Shown in pieces: positions 18,666 to 27,322 of a DNA stretch of 44,056 nucleotides; positions within the stretch are counted from its first letter, which is position 1, and each line of letters starts with the position of its first letter. The stretch covers positions 62,001-106,056 of the forward strand of contig DASRGZ010000056.1 in NCBI GenBank assembly GCA_035650735.1, given 5' to 3'. The stretch is from Chthonomonadaceae bacterium. Its GTDB lineage: Bacteria; Armatimonadota; Chthonomonadetes; Chthonomonadales; Chthonomonadaceae. The notes beneath the pieces were generated by a model. The model had not been told where the DNA came from. It was given only the letters and a program-made list of their open reading frames with translations, and did no database searches. The position numbers were made by a program, and so were the translations under genes.

Positions 18666-20612
18666 CTATCTTCCGGGAGCCCGCACCAGAATCGTCTCGT
18701 TATCTACCCGGCGCCAGCGCTCGGCGCTGCGCCAGATGACCCGCGACAGGACGGAAGCGCCCTGCACGCTGCTGACGGCCTGCCCGGTCTGCCCATCCGT
18801 CCAGTGCCAGTTCTGTTTGTCGGTGTCGGCTTCCGGATGGTTCTGAGTAAGGTCTATCCAGGTCATTTTCACGCCGTTGATATTTTCAAATAGGGCCGGG
18901 TTGTCGTTGACGTGATAGGCTTCGTTCGCCAGGCGGATCACTTTTCCGTCCTTATCCACCACGAAGTACTCGCCCAGGAGGACCGTTCTGCCAGCGTTGC
19001 AGACGCGGAAATACATGCGCTGGGGCTTGGCGGTGGTGCCCGCCGTATCAATATAGTAGCCTCTGTAGCTCAGATCGGTCGGCGCAGGCTCGCGGGTATA
19101 GATCGCGTTCGCCTTCTGGACCTGCATGCCCCACTCGCCCTGCGCCCGGTAGAAGAAGCGCAGCGAGGCGTTTTGCAGGTGCTTGTTGACGACATCGTTG
19201 GCGTCCAGGCGCACGATGCCCGCCTTCGGGTCCAGCGTAAACCGCACGCCATCGTCTCCCTGTGCCTGCCCCGCTCCATTGAGGTATTCGCCGACCGCGC
19301 TGCCCGAGTTGACGTTGTAGATAAGCAGGTCAGGCGTGGCGTTCTGCTGCCGGAACAGGCCGTTATAGGTCGTGCTGTCGGGCAGGATGTCGCCGTTGGT
19401 CAGGATGAAGGGCACGGCAAGCTTGATGTCATAGGGCGCCGCCGTCGGGACCGTGCGATCCTCGCGCAGAATGTGGTTATCCAGAATGGCATAATCCACG
19501 AGGGCGGTCAGCGGCTCGGGGCCGTTGGTCGTCTCCTCGATATAGTCATGGCCACGCGGGTTAAACAGCAGCACACCGACGTTGGCGACATCGCCCTGCT
19601 GATCGCTGTACCAGGCGTACTCGTAAGGGTCATCCGTAAACTGAGGCTGGCCGCCGCTCGTGGCGACGAGCCGGAACTTCCGATAGATACTTTCGCTGTT
19701 GCGCTTGAAGGCCACGAAATTCGGATCGACGTCGGTCTTTGGGCCGTTCGGGAAGAGGTCCATCCAGACGGGCTGCGGCTCTTCGGCTCCGGCCGGCGAG
19801 GGGATATCCGGCACGGTGATCTCCTTGTCCAGGATCGTCTTCACCGTCGGCAGGGCGTTCGCGTCGGCCTGCGTGTAGTAATCGAAACTGATATAGAATT
19901 TGCGGGCGGAGCTGCCGACGCGCGGCACGAAAGCGACCTTGAGCCGGTCGTAGTCAATGGCGTACTGCGAGGGGCTGTTGAGTACCGGCGCGGCGGAGGA
20001 GCCGCCCAGGTTGCCGCTGATGACGGAGCTCTGCTCGGTGCGCTCCAGCGGCTTGCCCTTGACCTTGATGCTATCGGTCGGGTTGCTATTGGAGTCCTGG
20101 CCGAACGTGTTGTAGACCGGGCCATACTGGAGCATATAGACGGCGCCGTAGCCTTTGGCGACGCTCGGAGTGGGAACGGGAATGCGCACCGTCTCGCCGA
20201 CGACATAGCGGAATCGGTTGATATTCGAGAAGTTATAGAGGTCCAGCCCTGTGGGAATGACGAGGTTATTCTGCTGGAGCTCCGCATTGGTCGCATCGGA
20301 CAAGTCGGTAGGCAGCGTATCTTCGAGGACGGCGAGCGAGCCATCTGCCCTCGGGAAGGCGGGCAAAATGTTCTCCGGCAGGGCGACCAGGTTCTTCTGC
20401 GCGTCCAACTGCTGGGCCGCCAGCCCCTGCGCGATAGTCTGCTCGCCGGTGCGCCGAATGGTCAGAAAGCCGCCGGGGAAAAGACGCAGAATCGCCAGGA
20501 TGCCGATCAGCAAAATGACCAGCACAACCAGGATTTCGAGGAGGGTAAAGCCTGCGGGGCGGCGCGTGTGTGGCTGGCGCGACTGGCCTGTATCTAAATT
20601 GCCTCTTATCAT
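18666..20612 (-). CDS. Giant PilV-like minor pilin with prepilin N-methylation site (~648 aa)
   Basis: AG|FTLLEILVVLVILLIGILAILRLFP followed by 'TIAQGLAAQQLD', PilV/GspI style. The ATG at 20612 is more plausible than the ORF-track start at 20777. Confidence 0.8.
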   Translation of the reverse strand: MIRGNLDTGQSRQPHTRRPAGFTLLEILVVLVILLIGILAILRLFPGGFLTIRRTGEQTIAQGLAAQQLDAQKNLVALPENILPAFPRADGSLAVLEDTLPTDLSDATNAELQQNNLVIPTGLDLYNFSNINRFRYVVGETVRIPVPTPSVAKGYGAVYMLQYGPVYNTFGQDSNSNPTDSIKVKGKPLERTEQSSVISGNLGGSSAAPVLNSPSQYAIDYDRLKVAFVPRVGSSARKFYISFDYYTQADANALPTVKTILDKEITVPDIPSPAGAEEPQPVWMDLFPNGPKTDVDPNFVAFKRNSESIYRKFRLVATSGGQPQFTDDPYEYAWYSDQQGDVANVGVLLFNPRGHDYIEETTNGPEPLTALVDYAILDNHILREDRTVPTAAPYDIKLAVPFILTNGDILPDSTTYNGLFRQQNATPDLLIYNVNSGSAVGEYLNGAGQAQGDDGVRFTLDPKAGIVRLDANDVVNKHLQNASLRFFYRAQGEWGMQVQKANAIYTREPAPTDLSYRGYYIDTAGTTAKPQRMYFRVCNAGRTVLLGEYFVVDKDGKVIRLANEAYHVNDNPALFENINGVKMTWIDLTQNHPEADTDKQNWHWTDGQTGQAVSSVQGASVLSRVIWRSAERWRRVDNETILVRAPGR

Positions 20613-20803
20613 GCCCGTTCCATGCCCTCTCTGAGAGGAGGTTCCGCTGAGTAGCCTGGGTGATCTTCGAATAGGTAGATAACTCAAGTTGCTACCTTGC
20701 CTCTTCGAGAAGGCAAACGGTGATGCAAAAGCCGGTTTCCAGAGCGATTCTCTCTCAAACGTGTTCCTAGGTAGCAACTTGGGTTAGATAGCTCAATGGT
20801 TTC

Positions 20804-20830
20804 GACGACAGGTAAATTGCAAATGTTCCG
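20804..20830 (-). promoter_or_regulatory. Candidate ECF sigma promoter GGAAC-N17-CGTC upstream of the PilV-like gene
   Basis: Minus strand reads cGGAACatttgcaatttacctgtCGTCgaa; close match to the copy at 23134-23160. Confidence 0.6.
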
Positions 20831-20917
20831 ATGTCGGGTTGTGCGCTGTCCTGGGGCCTTTTCCGCTTGCTCCGGCGCCAGGTTTCTTCCGTTTTCTTTT
20901 CGGGCGGCGAAAGCCTC

Positions 20918-21102
20918 GCTAGGCGGAGGCAGGGGCCCTAACCCTGCCGCCCCTAGCAGTAGCAACAAGAGCGCAAAGTCGCCCTCCGGCGACTCCATCC
21001 TTCCCTCTCCCGTGCTGCGGGAGAGGGGCTGGGGGTGAGGGCAGTCCCCGTAGGGGGACTTCGTGCCCTGGTTGCCGCGAATTTATTCGCCCGCAACCTG
21101 AA
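20918..21102. repeat. Dispersed repeat module plus REP-like palindromes
   Basis: AGGCGGAGGCAGGGGCCCTAACCCTGCCGCCCCTAGCAGT matches 12950-12990; CCCTCTCCCGTGCTGCGGGAGAGGGGCTGGGGGTGAGGGC is an inverted match to 12814-12853. Confidence 0.7.
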
Positions 21103-21133
21103 GCGGGCGCTGCGTGCGGCGAGTTAACATGGC

Positions 21134-21177
21134 TCGGGCGAGGAAGTCTTACCGGGGATTGTCTCTTCCTCGCCCGA
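21134..21177 (-). terminator. 13-bp stem-loop downstream of the pilin pair (terminator or mRNA-stabilising hairpin)
   Basis: TCGGGCGAGGAAG ... CTTCCTCGCCCGA is a perfect inverted repeat 44 nt after the stop codon; no strong U-tract. Confidence 0.45.
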
Positions 21178-21220
21178 CGATGTTTCTGTTGAAAGCGCGC
21201 CTTCTGGGACGCGCGGCCCT

Positions 21221-22138
21221 CTAGGGCTGAAAGTATAGCGGGAGCGTATAGGGATCGCCGTGCGCTTTCATATAGTTGACCTTACGCGCGGTGCCGGAGA
21301 GCAACAGCACGAGCACATTCGGGCTGCCCGAGGTGGCCGCGTGGTCGGTAACGTAGGTAATCACGGTGCGCTCTGCGGGCGGATTGCGATACTTCAACTG
21401 AGTCACGACGGCCCTGCCTTTATCGTCTACATCGCAGGTTGCGCCCAGCTTATGGGTCCAATCCGGCGTATAGTGCAGCTCGTAGATGGTGTTCCCGCGA
21501 TCATCTTTAACCGGATGCCCATAATCATCCAGGCGCGGCCCGATGTCCATGCTGTCCATCGTATAGAACAGCTTGGGCTTGCCCACATAGGTATCATCGG
21601 GAAGGTCAGGATCGCCATAACTGGGGCAGGTCGGATTGGTGGTCGTATCGGTCTTGCTCCAGACGACAAGCTGCCCGGCCAGGTCCTTGTTCGGCAGATT
21701 GAGCGGATAGTAGACCTGGGTAACCGCCTTCTTGTCCGTCACCAGATTATCCGTACAGGTGAAGTTGCCGTAATCCTTGAGGTGCTCGCGATACAGGTAG
21801 CCCTTGAGGATTTCATTCATCGGCGTGATGTTGGCCGGATTATTGTTGACATCATCCTGGGTAGCGAACCGGGCCGGCCCGGTCGGCGTGTCCTTAATTT
21901 CCGCATAGCCGAAGAGGGCCGGCGGGAAGCGGCCTTCATCGTCGTAGAACTGGCGCGCGGCGATATAGATAGAGTGCAGGTTGCTCATGGTATTACTCTG
22001 GCGGGCCTGCTCGCGCACCGTTCCGAAGATCGGGAAAAGAATGGCTGCGAGTATCGCGATAATGGCGATGACGGTGAGCAGCTCGATCATAGTGAACGCT
22101 CGCCGGGCGCACCTGCGCGCTGAGTGCCGTGTTTGCAT
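21221..22138 (-). CDS. Type IV prepilin-like protein (~305 aa), DUF1559/GspG-like N-terminus
   Basis: [27 protein letters not shown]...REQARQSNTMSNL; GGAG RBS before ATG 22138; paralog of the adjacent gene. Confidence 0.85.
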   Translation of the reverse strand: MQTRHSARRCARRAFTMIELLTVIAIIAILAAILFPIFGTVREQARQSNTMSNLHSIYIAARQFYDDEGRFPPALFGYAEIKDTPTGPARFATQDDVNNNPANITPMNEILKGYLYREHLKDYGNFTCTDNLVTDKKAVTQVYYPLNLPNKDLAGQLVVWSKTDTTTNPTCPSYGDPDLPDDTYVGKPKLFYTMDSMDIGPRLDDYGHPVKDDRGNTIYELHYTPDWTHKLGATCDVDDKGRAVVTQLKYRNPPAERTVITYVTDHAATSGSPNVLVLLLSGTARKVNYMKAHGDPYTLPLYFQP

Positions 22139-22221
22139 ACGTATCTCCATTTGCAGACGGTTCTGCTGCCGGCAGAACCGAAGTCCCCGGCCTCTTTACC
22201 GGCCAGGGCTGGCAAACTCTC

Positions 22222-23019
22222 TTAAAACTTAAAGTTCAGCGGTCCCTGAGTTAGGAAGCGATCCGTCGGGACTGCCTTGACCGTTCCCGAAAGCAGGATG
22301 ACCGGGATTACATTGGAATGGGCCGTCTTAACGTGGTAGGTGCACCAGGTGACCACCGTGCGGTCGTCGGGCGGATTGGGATATTTGAGCTGGTTTTGCG
22401 GATCGTCCTGGCCGACAACGCCGGTCCAATCCAGGCTATAGTGGAGCTCCATGATCTGGCTACCGCCCTGGGTCACGGGGTTGCCGTCCTTATCCACCTG
22501 CGGCCCGACGTCATAGCTATCAAATACGTAAAAGTAGGGCGTCTGAGTTGCCAGCGCATCCTGGCCGAGATTGTGCGCGACGGTCTGGGTAAAGGTGACT
22601 GGGCCGGTCAGCGGCACGCCAGCCGGATAGACGACGGCAGCGGTCGTCTTAGCATCGTTCACGCCATTATCGGGACAGTTAAAGATGCCCCTATCCCGCA
22701 GGTACTTCTGGCCCGTCATGAGCGGCCGATAGGTCAGTTGATCGGCAGGAAGCGGTTGGCCGCTGCCGGTATAGTAGCTGCCGTCCGCGTTTTGAGCCAA
22801 TCCGAACAGCGCCGCCGGGTATTTGTTGTTATCCAGTTGATAGAGCTTGAGCGCGCGCCAGATGTCGTGCATCTGAGACATGCACTGGCTCTGACGGCGC
22901 TGCTCGGCGACGCGCGCGAACGTCGGAAAGATAAGGGCGGCGAGAATCGCGATAATGGCAATGACGGTAAGCAGTTCGATCAAGGTAAAGGCTTTGCGCG
23001 TCGTTGTCGAGTACGGCAT
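22222..23019 (-). CDS. Type IV prepilin-like protein (265 aa), DUF1559/GspG-like N-terminus; candidate major pilin
   Basis: [27 protein letters not shown]...QCMSQM; RBS GGAG; has its own candidate promoter at 23134-23160. Confidence 0.85.
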   Translation of the reverse strand: MPYSTTTRKAFTLIELLTVIAIIAILAALIFPTFARVAEQRRQSQCMSQMHDIWRALKLYQLDNNKYPAALFGLAQNADGSYYTGSGQPLPADQLTYRPLMTGQKYLRDRGIFNCPDNGVNDAKTTAAVVYPAGVPLTGPVTFTQTVAHNLGQDALATQTPYFYVFDSYDVGPQVDKDGNPVTQGGSQIMELHYSLDWTGVVGQDDPQNQLKYPNPPDDRTVVTWCTYHVKTAHSNVIPVILLSGTVKAVPTDRFLTQGPLNFKF

Positions 23020-23133
23020 GCTACCAACTCCGTCCTTCTTTGGAGCTGCGGGAAAGCGCCCGCCTCCTGGCCTGTGTGTACAGTCTCATAAAGCAAACGC
23101 AAACCAAATCCTGAGCGATCATTCCGAATGTTT

Positions 23134-23160
23134 GACGATAGGTATTCAGGCAATGTTCCG
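23134..23160 (-). promoter_or_regulatory. Candidate ECF sigma promoter GGAAC-N17-CGTC upstream of the pilin pair
   Basis: Minus strand reads cGGAACattgcctgaatacctatCGTCaaa. Confidence 0.6.
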
Positions 23161-23163
23161 GTT

Positions 23164-23229
23164 GCGGCAGGGTTCAGCCTGCCGCGTCAGGGTTTAGCCT
23201 GCCGCGTCAGGGCCGATCCTGGCAGTGGG
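23164..23229. repeat. 20-bp tandem duplication within a degenerate copy of the dispersed repeat
   Basis: GGTTCAGCCTGCCGCGTCAG / GGTTTAGCCTGCCGCGTCAG, then CCGATCCTGGCAGTGG as in 12976-12991. Confidence 0.6.
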
Positions 23230-23250
23230 ATCAAGGGGTAGGAGCCTCTC

Positions 23251-24318
23251 CTATCCCTCCAGTGGCTGCGGCCTGGGGAGCGCGTAGGCCAGGTACCAGG
23301 CCGTCAGCGGCTCGCCGATAAAGACGGTCGCCAGAAATCCGATGACCATAAACGGCCCGAAGGGAATAGCCGTAGGAGCGGGCTGCCAGTTATCCTCCTG
23401 CGGCTCTGGGGCCTGGCCGCGCCGCCCACGCAGCAGATCGCGCACGTAATCAACCAGATCGCCCAGGACAAGGCAGTACCCGACGGCAAGCACCTCCCAT
23501 GTTAGCGACGAGTTTTCCTCTTCCTCAGGTTCGTCCTCCCTGTCTAATACGGGTTCTGGCACGGCCTGGAGTTTCGCAGCCTGGGCGCGGCGAATCAAAA
23601 TCAGCGCCGGGCCGACGATCACGCCGGAGAAGCAGGCCAGCAGCACCCAGATCGGAAAGAGGCGCAGTGGATGGAAGGCGGCAGGCGTCACCGAAATCAG
23701 CATCGCGCCCATCGCGCGGGCCAGCAGCACATCGCCCAGGCCCATCGCCTCCACCCGTTTCCATAGCCAACCCAGTATGCGCACCACGCCGAAGATCAGC
23801 ACGCCGACGACCGCTCCCAGAATAGAGCGCGGCAGCCAGCCCCAGACAAGTTCGTGCCCCGGCTCGTGCTGGGCGATGCCCCACACATCGCGGCCCACGG
23901 CGACCCCGAAGGCCAGCAGGTTGAGCGAATCCGGTATATGAAACGTGGCCAGGTCAATAAAAAAGACCGGGATGAGTACGGCTGTAAAGAGCAGCAGGGC
24001 GACACAGTTAGCGGCATCCTGCGGATAGCGCAGGTAGAGGGCGACAAACAGCAGTCCCGTCAGAAGCTCAATGGCAAAGTAGCGCCAGGAGATCGGCTGT
24101 TTACAGGAGCGGCACCGCTGCCCCAGGATAAGAAAGCTGAACAGCGGCACCAGATCGATCGCCGTCAGCCGCCGCTTACAGTTCGGACAGAACGACCAGG
24201 CCGGATCGTTCACGGAGATGCCCTGCGGTAAACGCCAGATGACTACGTTCAGGAAGCTGCCAATAGTGATGCCGAAAACGAACGTCACCAGGCACCAGAA
24301 CCAGGCGGGAGCGATCAT
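23251..24318 (-). CDS. pilD: Prepilin peptidase / N-methyltransferase (A24A)
   Basis: GSFLNVVIWRLP, CPNC and CRSC zinc motifs, IDLATFHIPD, MGLGD, IPFGPF. Confidence 0.93.
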   Translation of the reverse strand: MIAPAWFWCLVTFVFGITIGSFLNVVIWRLPQGISVNDPAWSFCPNCKRRLTAIDLVPLFSFLILGQRCRSCKQPISWRYFAIELLTGLLFVALYLRYPQDAANCVALLLFTAVLIPVFFIDLATFHIPDSLNLLAFGVAVGRDVWGIAQHEPGHELVWGWLPRSILGAVVGVLIFGVVRILGWLWKRVEAMGLGDVLLARAMGAMLISVTPAAFHPLRLFPIWVLLACFSGVIVGPALILIRRAQAAKLQAVPEPVLDREDEPEEEENSSLTWEVLAVGYCLVLGDLVDYVRDLLRGRRGQAPEPQEDNWQPAPTAIPFGPFMVIGFLATVFIGEPLTAWYLAYALPRPQPLEG

Positions 24319-24393
24319 AAGCGAGTTACGAAGCGTGCGGATGGGAGGCCGGCGCCACAGGCGCTAGCCTCCCAGGTAGACTCGGATTGATGG

Positions 24394-25644
24394 CTACTCG
24401 CCTTTGCCGCCGCCCTGCTGCTCGTCCTGGCCGCCAGAGAGGTTCTGAATGACCTGGATCAGCGGCATGAACATCGCGATGACGATGAAGCCGACGCAGA
24501 CGCCGAGGAAGACGATCATGACCGGCTCGATGGCCGAGGTCAGCGACTGGAGCGTGGACTCCACTTCACCCTCATAGAATTCGGCGATCTTGGAAAGCAT
24601 CTGGTCCAGAGCACCGGATTCCTCCCCGATGGAGATCATATGCACGACCATCGGCGGGAACATGCGGCTCTTCTCCAACGGGTCGTTGATGCGGTCTCCC
24701 TCGCGGATGCGGGCGCGAGCGTTCATGACGGCTTCACTGATGATCTCGTTGCCCACGGTGCCGGCCACTGTCTCCATCGCCTGTAGGATGGGCACGCCAG
24801 AAACCAGCAGGGTCGAGAGCGTGCGCGAGAAGCGAGCCAGGCAGATCTTATGGCTGAGCTTGCCGAAGACCGGAACCTTGAGCTTGACCCGGTCAATGAC
24901 GCGCCGCCCCACCTTAGTCGTGCCGAAGTACTTGATGGACATCCAGAGGACGGCCACGATCAGCAGCCCCATCCACCATCGCTCTTTGAGAAAGTCGCTG
25001 AAGTCCACCAGAATCTGCGTCATCGTGGGCAGGTCTTTGACGCCCAGATCCTTGAACAGCTCGATGAACTTGGGCACGATAAAGGTGCACAGCCCCAGCA
25101 CGATCAGGATCGCGACGACGACGACGATAGCCGGGTAGGTCAGAGCGGCCTTGACCTTGCGGCGCAGCTCCATGTCCTTTTCCAGGAAGTGGGACAGGCG
25201 CTGTAGGGCCTCTTCCAGCACACCACCGACTTCCCCGGCGCGGATCAGACCGATGAACAGGTTATTGAAGACCTTCGGGTACTTCTGCATGGCCCGCGAG
25301 AGGGTCTGGCCGCTCTCGACTTCGGTCTGGATGTCCCGGATGATGCGCTTGAGCTTGGGGTTGGTGGTCTGCTCGCCCAGCACGTCCAGCGCGCGCACCA
25401 GCGAGACGCCCGCATCGATCATGGTGGAGAACTGGCGGCAGAAGATCGCCAGGTCGTTGAGCTTGACGCGGCCCCAGCCGCCTCCCGCCGACCGCTTGGC
25501 GCCGGCGGCAGTCTGCTTGACGTCGTTGACCTGGAAGCCCTGCTCCTGCAGCCGCCGCTTCAGGATCTCCTGGTTTTCGGCCTCTGAGGTTCCCGTCCGT
25601 ATGGCGCCGGTCGAGTCGCGGACCGTATATTGATACACTGGCAT
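24394..25644 (-). CDS. pilC: Type IV pilus inner-membrane platform protein (T2SS F family)
   Basis: FCRQFSTMIDAGVSLVRAL, AGEVGGVLEEAL, IGEESGALDQML, IEPVMIV. Confidence 0.95.
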   Translation of the reverse strand: MPVYQYTVRDSTGAIRTGTSEAENQEILKRRLQEQGFQVNDVKQTAAGAKRSAGGGWGRVKLNDLAIFCRQFSTMIDAGVSLVRALDVLGEQTTNPKLKRIIRDIQTEVESGQTLSRAMQKYPKVFNNLFIGLIRAGEVGGVLEEALQRLSHFLEKDMELRRKVKAALTYPAIVVVVAILIVLGLCTFIVPKFIELFKDLGVKDLPTMTQILVDFSDFLKERWWMGLLIVAVLWMSIKYFGTTKVGRRVIDRVKLKVPVFGKLSHKICLARFSRTLSTLLVSGVPILQAMETVAGTVGNEIISEAVMNARARIREGDRINDPLEKSRMFPPMVVHMISIGEESGALDQMLSKIAEFYEGEVESTLQSLTSAIEPVMIVFLGVCVGFIVIAMFMPLIQVIQNLSGGQDEQQGGGKGE

Positions 25645-25694
25645 GGCTTGCTCTCCGTTTTTTCAAACCGCCCCCCTTCGTAAGGGGCCGAGGC

Positions 25695-26987
25695 TTACGG
25701 GCGTCCTCCGTAGCCGGCGGGGCCGGGCGTGGCGGTGACGGCCGTCTTGATCATCTTCTCCAGTTCCTGCGGGTTCATGGCGCGCGTCATGGCCTCCTCG
25801 AAGGAGATGACGCCGCGCACGTAGAGATCGCGCAGGCTCTGGTCCATTGTCTGCATGCCGATGTTGGCGCTCGTCTGGATCATAGAGGTGATCTGATGCG
25901 CCTTGTTTTCGCGGATCAGGTTGCGGATGGCCGGGCTGGCCCGCATGATTTCCATGGCGCAGACGCGACCGGGCTGGTTGGCGCGCGGAATCAGCTGCTG
26001 GCAGAGGATGGCTTGCAGGTTATTGGAAAGCTGCAGGCGCACCTGCTCCTGCTGGCCGGGCGGGAAGGAGTCCACGATGCGCTCGACGGAGGTCGCCGCC
26101 GAGTTGGTGTGCAGCGTGGCGAAGACCAGGTGGCCGGTTTCGGCTGCGGAGACGGCCATCTGCATGGTTTCCAGGTCGCGCATTTCGCCGACGAGGATGA
26201 CATCCGGGTCTTCGCGCAGGGCGGCGCGCAGCGCGTTTTTGAACTGCTTGGTATCTTGCCCTACCTCGCGCTGGTTGATCACGCAGAGCCGGTGCGTATG
26301 CAGATACTCGATGGGGTCTTCGATGGTGATAATGTGCTTGTTCGCCTCGCTGTTGATTTGGTTGATCATGGCCGCCAGGCTGGTAGACTTACCCGAACCG
26401 GTCGGCCCGGTCACCAGGATGAGGCCGCGCGGCAGGCGCGTCAGCTCTTCCAGAACGGGCGGCAGTCCCAGCTCCTTGATGGTGGGAATGCGCTGTGGGA
26501 TCTGGCGGAAGGCGGTGGCGACGTTGCCCTTGTCGCGGAAAACGTTGACGCGGAAGCGGGCCACGCGCGCCAACTGATAGGAGAAGTCCAGCTCCAGCTC
26601 GGTTTCAAAGCGCTGGATCTGCTCATCGGTGAGAATGTCGTAGATAAGCCGCTGCGAGTCCTGGGCGGTCACTTTCTCGTATGGCAGGGGAACGAGCGTG
26701 CCATCCAGGCGGATGATAGGCGGAATGCCGACGGCGAGATGCAGGTCGGAGGCGCCTTTCTCGTGCGTGCTGCGGAGCAGATCGTCAATGTGGGCGTCAT
26801 CAATCGGCTGCGGGCGCGCGCTGGCGACGGCAGGCTGGGCCGGCGCGGTCGGCGGCGCCATCGGGTTGCCTGCGGCCTGCTGGGGAGCCTGCCCATAGGC
26901 TGGGGCCTGCTGCCCGTAGGCTCCGGGCTGTTGCCCGTAAGCCTGCTGAGTCGGCCGGCCATAGTTGGGAGGTTGACTATCAGACAA
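25695..26987 (-). CDS. pilT: Type IV pilus retraction ATPase (~430 aa) with a Q/Y/G/P-rich N-terminal extension
   Basis: Walker A GPTGSGKS, TIEDPIE, LREDPDVILVGEMRD, GHLVFATLH, AIRNLIRE; TTG start at 26987 after GGAG. Confidence 0.95.
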   Translation of the reverse strand: MSDSQPPNYGRPTQQAYGQQPGAYGQQAPAYGQAPQQAAGNPMAPPTAPAQPAVASARPQPIDDAHIDDLLRSTHEKGASDLHLAVGIPPIIRLDGTLVPLPYEKVTAQDSQRLIYDILTDEQIQRFETELELDFSYQLARVARFRVNVFRDKGNVATAFRQIPQRIPTIKELGLPPVLEELTRLPRGLILVTGPTGSGKSTSLAAMINQINSEANKHIITIEDPIEYLHTHRLCVINQREVGQDTKQFKNALRAALREDPDVILVGEMRDLETMQMAVSAAETGHLVFATLHTNSAATSVERIVDSFPPGQQEQVRLQLSNNLQAILCQQLIPRANQPGRVCAMEIMRASPAIRNLIRENKAHQITSMIQTSANIGMQTMDQSLRDLYVRGVISFEEAMTRAMNPQELEKMIKTAVTATPGPAGYGGRP

Positions 26988-27084
26988 GGTACTTTCTCCA
27001 ATCAAGGGGTATGCCGCCCTCTCCTTTTGCCGTCTGCTACGTGCCTGGAAAAGGAGGCGCGGCGCATGTGCTAATAGTATGCCT

Positions 27085-27093
27085 ATTGTACCA
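27085..27093 (-). promoter_or_regulatory. Possible extended -10 element (TGG-TACAAT) for pilT
   Basis: TATGGTACAATAG about 100 nt upstream of pilT; the same 13-mer occurs at 37050-37062 upstream of the dehydratase gene. Confidence 0.35.
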
Positions 27094-27282
27094 TAGTTTT
27101 GCCAGGATGCCCGACCAACTTTACACCTGCACGCCTGGCCGCTTCCTCTTGCCGGGCCAAAGGCATCCTGAACCTGGTGGCACGCATCTACGGCTCCGGA
27201 TAAGAGCAACGTACAGCCGCAACAGCGCCAAAGACAAAGCTGCCTTGCTCAGCGTCGAGCAAGGACGAACAAACCCTCCGAC

Positions 27283-27321
27283 ACCCCTTCCCTTGGCAGG
27301 GAAGGGGGCCGAGGGGTTAGA
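27283..27321. repeat. REP-like half element directly after the pilB stop
   Basis: ACCCCTTCCCTTGGCAGGGAAGGGGGCCGAGGGGTTAG matches the right ends at 12917-13041 and 30811-30847. Confidence 0.7.
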
Positions 27322-27322
27322 T

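Noticed and set aside
75..20597. Long plus-strand ORFs (e.g. 75-1277, 7748-10219, 16256-18328, 18912-20597)
   Set aside because: Antisense shadows of GC-biased minus-strand genes; Arg/Val/Gly-rich with no recognisable motifs.
1..20612. Interpretation as a prophage tail or contractile injection system because of the baseplate-like motif
   Set aside because: No sheath, tube, VgrG, terminase or integrase genes; the proteins carry Sec or class III pilin signals.
20613..20777. N-terminal extension of the PilV-like ORF, and similar extensions of pilT (to 27209), MFS (to 34433), phhB (to 37040) and SGNH (from 39925)
   Set aside because: The extensions run through intergenic/promoter DNA or overlap neighbouring genes; downstream starts fit signal peptides or RBS better.
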